From: Lama guanicoe
Lineage: Eukaryota
NCBI GenBank assembly: GCA_013239625.1
Contig: MU053810.1
Coordinates: forward strand, 4,806,071 to 4,870,070
Reading direction: 5' to 3'
Length of the DNA: 64,000 nt
Part shown: positions 59,565-64,000 of the stretch, piece by piece
Position numbering within the stretch: the stretch's first letter is position 1
Layout: each line of letters opens with the position of its first letter
Translations under genes and position numbers: made by a program
The notes under the pieces: model-generated
Databases searched by the model: none
What the model was told of the DNA's origin: nothing
The model's input: only the letters and a program-made list of their open reading frames with translations

Positions 59565-61256
59565 TTAAAGACAGGGATGTGCTTTACTGCCTGGGGTTTC
59601 CGACAGGTGATGAGGTTGGGCGGTAGCGGGAGAGCCAGCATGCTGGCTCGTGTTCTGGAAGCTTTCTCCGTTTATTTGGTCGGGTGACGGTGGTGGAATG
59701 GAAACCGGGGGCCTGGAGGTTGAAGCCAAGGTGCTGGGAGAACCGCCTGCATCGGACTGAGAGGACCGAGCTGGGTCCGCCGCGGGAGCCCGGAACGTGC
59801 TGCCGCCCTCGGGCGCCGCGTCCCCCGCGTCCCCTCTGCTCAGGTCGGACGTGCTGGTGCGTAAGCGCTCCCTGGCCAGCCAGTCCGAGATGGACAGGTC
59901 CTGGGCTGAGCATTTCGGCTTCAGCCGGTTCACAGCTGAAAGTTCCGGCTCTCTCTCCCCACTCTGCTCCTGCGCCTTCCAAAAATTCAAAACACTGATT
60001 TCAGTAGCATCCCTGTGCCCTCCCAGCGTGTGTCTACGTTTGATGTTTTTCCTTTTGGCAGGATCGGCGCTGGGTTTTTGATTTCCTACCCCAAACATGT
60101 CATCTGCCGGCGCTCTGGGCCGCAGTTTTAACCGATCGGCTATTTTTGTTTTCCACGTGGGCTCCTGTTTCTCGGATTCGCCTCGGGCTGGTGGTGTCGG
60201 CAAACTCCCTGTCGATTTTCCTTTTTTCATAACATCGAACACTTTCGTGATCGAAGGGGTGTCCTTCTCGTTCTTGGTGTCCCCTAGGCTCCCGCTGTCC
60301 GACTTGAATCTAGCAGATTTTTTCCTGGACAGCGTGTCACACTCTATCAGTTTATGGGAACTGAAGAGCTGCCTCCGGCTCTCTAGGCTGGGTGTTAAGC
60401 TTCCCTCGGTACAGCTAACTTCACTGCCTTCCGAATTTCTCCGGCTCGTCTTAGGGGCCTCTTGCAGCTTTCCCCGGAAGAGCCTGTCCGACGGCAGGGC
60501 CGCGGGGAAGACGGGGAAATCGCTCTCACTGTCCGTCTCCACCGGCCGCCCTTCGCTGACCAGCTCGCTCCTCTCGTCGTCGGCCTCGTCCCCTTTACTC
60601 TCCGCCACCGACTGCACCTCGGGGCTCAGCCGGCTGGAGTCCAGGCCGGTCGGGAAGGTGGCAGACGACGTCGAGGAGCAGTCGGAGGTGACGGTGCTGA
60701 CGTTGGCCAGGTACTCGCCGCGCTTCGTCTCGGGGCTGGTGGACTTCCTGGTGGAAAACCTGGCCAGGGATGCCTGGGCGTAAGCGCTAAGCAGCGTGCC
60801 GGAGTCGGAGCCCGCGTCTTCCACGTGCGAGGCCTTCTGCGTGGCGAGGGACCTGGGGCTCTCCCGCAGGACGGCGAGGCGACAGCTCGGGGTGGGCGAC
60901 TTGGGCTGCTTGGCGCTGTGCGGGGGCGCGGGCTCCCCCGCCGGCGCGCTCTCCCTCCGCGCCCCTGCCTTCTCGTCCTTGGCTGCGCCCGCGTCCTTCC
61001 TGGCGTTGCTCTCCTTGGAAGGGACCGTCCTCTGTTTCCTGCCCGGGGTCTCGCTGTCTTTCTTGGTCTCTTCTTTAATATCGCTGTGACACTGCTCTGC
61101 GTTTTCTTTCTTAAAAAACACATTGTCCAGTTCGTCTTCTGAGCTGCTGGGTTGTGCTTTTTCTTTCGGCTTTTTCCTCTTGCGACTGGCGGCCGCAAAG
61201 ATGGAGGACACAAGCAGGTCCCTGCTGTACTGGTCCTTTCCGGATCCCCAAGAACC
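59565..61256 (-). CDS. ARHGAP21: ARHGAP21 (Rho GTPase-activating protein 21) terminal coding exon, 563 aa + stop ([29 protein letters not shown]...PGSKAHPCL*)
   Basis: Within ORF 59565..61328. Minus-strand acceptor tttctctgcttctcag. Recognisable motifs ([48 protein letters not shown]). The known KIAA1217-ARHGAP21 tail-to-tail synteny is reproduced. Confidence 0.95.
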   Translation of the reverse strand, partial: GSWGSGKDQYSRDLLVSSIFAAASRKRKKPKEKAQPSSSEDELDNVFFKKENAEQCHSDIKEETKKDSETPGRKQRTVPSKESNARKDAGAAKDEKAGARRESAPAGEPAPPHSAKQPKSPTPSCRLAVLRESPRSLATQKASHVEDAGSDSGTLLSAYAQASLARFSTRKSTSPETKRGEYLANVSTVTSDCSSTSSATFPTGLDSSRLSPEVQSVAESKGDEADDERSELVSEGRPVETDSESDFPVFPAALPSDRLFRGKLQEAPKTSRRNSEGSEVSCTEGSLTPSLESRRQLFSSHKLIECDTLSRKKSARFKSDSGSLGDTKNEKDTPSITKVFDVMKKGKSTGSLPTPPARGESEKQEPTWKTKIADRLKLRPRAPADDMFGVGNQKPSADPAKRKNIKRRHTLGGHRDATEISVLNFWKAQEQSGEREPELSAVNRLKPKCSAQDLSISDWLARERLRTSTSDLSRGDAGDAAPEGGSTFRAPAADPARSSQSDAGGSPSTLASTSRPPVSIPPPSPDQINGESFQNTSQHAGSPATAQPHHLSETPGSKAHPCL

Positions 61257-62299
61257 CTGAGAAGCAGAGAAACCAGGCTTTGAACGTGAGAACATTACTA
61301 AGTTCATTTTCTGAAAGAGTCCCCCCACCCCCCCGGATATTTCTTAACTACTAAAGGTGAGCACTAACAGAGGATGCTTTCTTATACCTCCTTTTAACTT
61401 AAGATACATTTTTCTCTTTATTTAATTAGCCCCATTTCTTGGCTGGTGGTATTTGTTTGCTATGTATGTGCCAAGTCACAGCTCACATACGCCTGTCTCT
61501 CAGAGACATATTTGCTGCTTGGTTTGCTGTAGTCTCCTATTCTTGTCGACTGCCCTGAATCTACTGACCTTCCCTGCTCCTGCAAGGCTCAGAGGGTCCT
61601 CAGGTCCCTTCATCTAGAACATGGGATTCATAAAGAGTCAATATTCCCACTCAGTTGGATACAACATTCTGACATCGGATACAAAAGATTTATGACTGCC
61701 TTCAATCTTCTCATTACAGATCCCACATGACATGGATCCTGCATCAGATAAGCTCCCACTGGCTCAGTCAGGCTGGGTTTGGAGACTGGCCTCAGCTAAG
61801 TCAGGCTGATCTCAAGTAACTACAAAAATCAGAAAATTTAAATAACAGAAGGTGAACTAAAGATCTTAAACCCTTACCATAGCAACACTGGAGTGCACCG
61901 CCTGGGGAAAGCGGTGGGTGCCTGCAGCCTACTGGCTCTGCCAGCTATGGGTTCTTGATGACAACTACTGAAGACTATTTAATTAACCTGTTCATAATGC
62001 CCATAGGCTAAGTAAATGCAGGGGGGATGTCAAAAACATTAGCTGATTTAATACACACTAAGACAAGCAGGCAGGCAGGCAGCACATTTCTCTATTGTCA
62101 TAAAAATCTTAGACCAGCTGGAACTACTATATTGAAGCCTTGAAAAGTAAAGTAAAAATTTAGGCTAAAAGATTTCCTAAGTTCCCTTTAAAATTTGATG
62201 ATTCTGTGAGTACATATCTGTTGAAGCTTATACTTACAACTAAAAAAATTATTACAAAAGAATTATATCATTTGGGTATCCATTATATATTACAGGCAT

Positions 62300-62820
62300 G
62301 ATACAGGCACCACCATAATTAAGATGAAGTGACTGCTATAACCAAAGATTAAAAAATATGGGAAGGAGGGAACGTCAAACAGGCAAGAAATCTAAAATCT
62401 TATATTCTGGCAAAAAAGGATGGGCAACTGCTGAGACGTGACAACATAATGCAAGGAGTGATCCTTGACTGCATCCCTGTCCAGGGAGATAGAAAACAAC
62501 ACTGTTGGGACAATTCGGGAAATCTGCATAAAGGCTATACATTAGAAATAATAATGTATCATGTTAATTCCCTGAGTACAATAATTATACTGTGATTATA
62601 AAGGAGAATGTCCTTGTTCTTAGGGAAGCACAATGAAGCATTTAGGGGTAAAGTCTTACCATGTCTATAAGTAATTCTCAAATGATTTAGAAAAAAACAT
62701 ATATAGACCTAAATATATATCAAGATTCACTAACTGATAAATCTAGGGCAAAAGGTTTGTGTCCTATTACACCAGGGACTTTTCTGTAGTTTTAAAATTT
62801 TTCAAAATAAAAAGTTGGGG
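62300..62820 (+). mobile_element. Old LINE-1 3' end (L1MC/ME-like); another fragment lies at ~63240-63520
   Basis: gtgatccttgactgcatccc...ttatactgtgattataaaggagaatgtccttgttcttagg...ttttcaaaataaaaagtt. Confidence 0.6.
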
Positions 62821-62824
62821 TGGA

Positions 62825-62935
62825 GGGAGGGTATAGCTCAGTGCAAGACCTCCTGGATGAGGTCTTGGGTTCAATCTCCAGTACCTCTATTAAAAAAAAA
62901 ATAACCTAATTACTTCCACCTGCCAAAAACAAAAA
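62825..62935 (+). mobile_element. tRNA-derived SINE of the camelid type (vic-1-like), internally rearranged
   Basis: gggagggtatagctcagtg (A box) ... ggttcaatctccagtacctc (B box), A-tract, then aacctaattacttcc tail resembling the recalled camelid SINE. Confidence 0.65.
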
Positions 62936-63726
62936 GGTAAAAATCACAATGTAAGTGATAGTGAATGATTTATCATTAAAATACTTTATAAAATTTTCTG
63001 CAAGAAATTAAATTATAATTTAGTCACATGTGACCCCATTATATTTAGAAATGATATGTAAAGTTCAGGTCTCATTTCTAAATAGGACAGCGTTTTTAGA
63101 AATTTATTGACCATTCTACTTGTTACTGTCTCAGCAGACCAAAATTTGGACCAACTGATAAAAACTGTCTAAGAACTATAGGAATTTCTTATAAACAAAA
63201 AGTTGTATAATTTAGTGGAGGTGTCAACAGAACACAAATTATGTTTAAAAACTGATTATAAAAACAAAGTTAGTGATCTTGCTAAAAGGAAGGCACCCAT
63301 TTTCCATAAACAGTGTATAATAATAACAAAGTCTATCCTACTGCTGAAATATTTACAGATGAAACTGGATGTTTGGGATCTGCTTCAAAATAGTCCGAGG
63401 AGGAGGAAGTGGGTGGGTGCAGATGAGACATCTTGGCCGTGTGTTGAGGATGGATAATGAAGACTCACGATACTAATATTCTCTTTACTTTTGTATATGC
63501 TGGAAAATGCCTACTTCTTAAACTATGCTACCCAACATCCCAACTCACAATCTAGTATTCCTTTATCGTATTCTATTTTTAAGCATTAATTTTTCCCTTT
63601 ATAAGACTTTGTTGGTTTCTGTCACCTGACACGGACCGGGGTACGTCTGCATCTGAATCATAACAGTTGGCCACAGAGCCATTCCCCCACCACTGAAATA
63701 TTTCCAAAGTGTACGAAACAATTTAC

Positions 63727-63758
63727 CTTAGATTTGGTTGAGTCACTAGTGGCTGAAT
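63727..63758 (-). CDS. ARHGAP21: ARHGAP21 penultimate small exon, 32 nt (DSATSDSTKSK)
   Basis: Minus strand: ctgac...ttctatttaacttctcacag|ATTCAGCCACTAGTGACTCAACCAAATCTAAG|gtaaat. Phase 1 to 0, in frame with the terminal exon. Confidence 0.85.
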
Positions 63759-64000
63759 CTGTGAGAAGTTAAATAGAACACGGTCAGTATTAGTCAGATT
63801 CGTCACCGCTTTCAACAAACAATGCCAAACTCATGGAAAAGACAGGCACAGAACAAAATGTGAAAGCCAAACTCAAAAACAATAGAACACAGTGGATAGT
63901 CAGAGCTCACAGAGATGCAAGCTGCACCACAGAAAGCCACCGCCATGAAAGGATGCTGTGAATTGTAGGCAGAATCAGCTCAATGATAGGGATGGCAAAG

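Noticed and set aside
60097..61213. Long overlapping ORFs (228, 226 and 195 aa) over ARHGAP21
   Set aside because: Explained by high GC and codon bias of the real exon. No recognisable domains.
62825..62890. tRNA-like sequence with A and B boxes
   Set aside because: No anticodon arm or acceptor stem, and followed by an A-rich tail. It is a SINE, not a tRNA gene.
63626..63692. Minus-strand AG…GT bounded 67-nt open segment near the ARHGAP21 small exon
   Set aside because: It would leave only a 34-nt intron after exon 63727-63758, too short for normal splicing, and its phases do not fit as a replacement exon.
1..64000. CRISPR arrays, operons, rRNA or other prokaryote-type systems
   Set aside because: The sequence is intron-containing mammalian DNA, and no such features were seen.

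Overview
Mammalian genomic DNA, probably camelid: a degraded copy of a camelid-type tRNA-derived SINE sits at ~62.8 kb. It is not prokaryotic. Two genes lie tail-to-tail. The 3' half of KIAA1217 (SKT/sickle tail, mouse Etl4) is on the + strand, with 12 distinct coding exons between 5828 and 32718 that chain in frame through GT-AG introns, and a 3'UTR to ~33.86 kb. The last two coding exons of ARHGAP21 are on the - strand (63727-63758 and 59565-61256), with a 3'UTR to ~58.76 kb. The ~25 kb between them is rich in LINE-1, LTR, MIR and DNA-transposon relics. The standout feature is a head-to-tail ~2.07 kb tandem duplication (15756-17827 / 17828-19907, ~99% identical by eye) that copies an entire 184-nt frame-shifting KIAA1217 coding exon with both splice sites intact. 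Including both copies creates a premature stop at 17945-17947. The locus is therefore a nascent mutually exclusive/NMD-coupled exon pair, a loss-of-function allele, or an assembly artefact. Gene identities come from recalled protein sequences. Repeat family names and boundaries are approximate, by-eye calls, and no searches were run.
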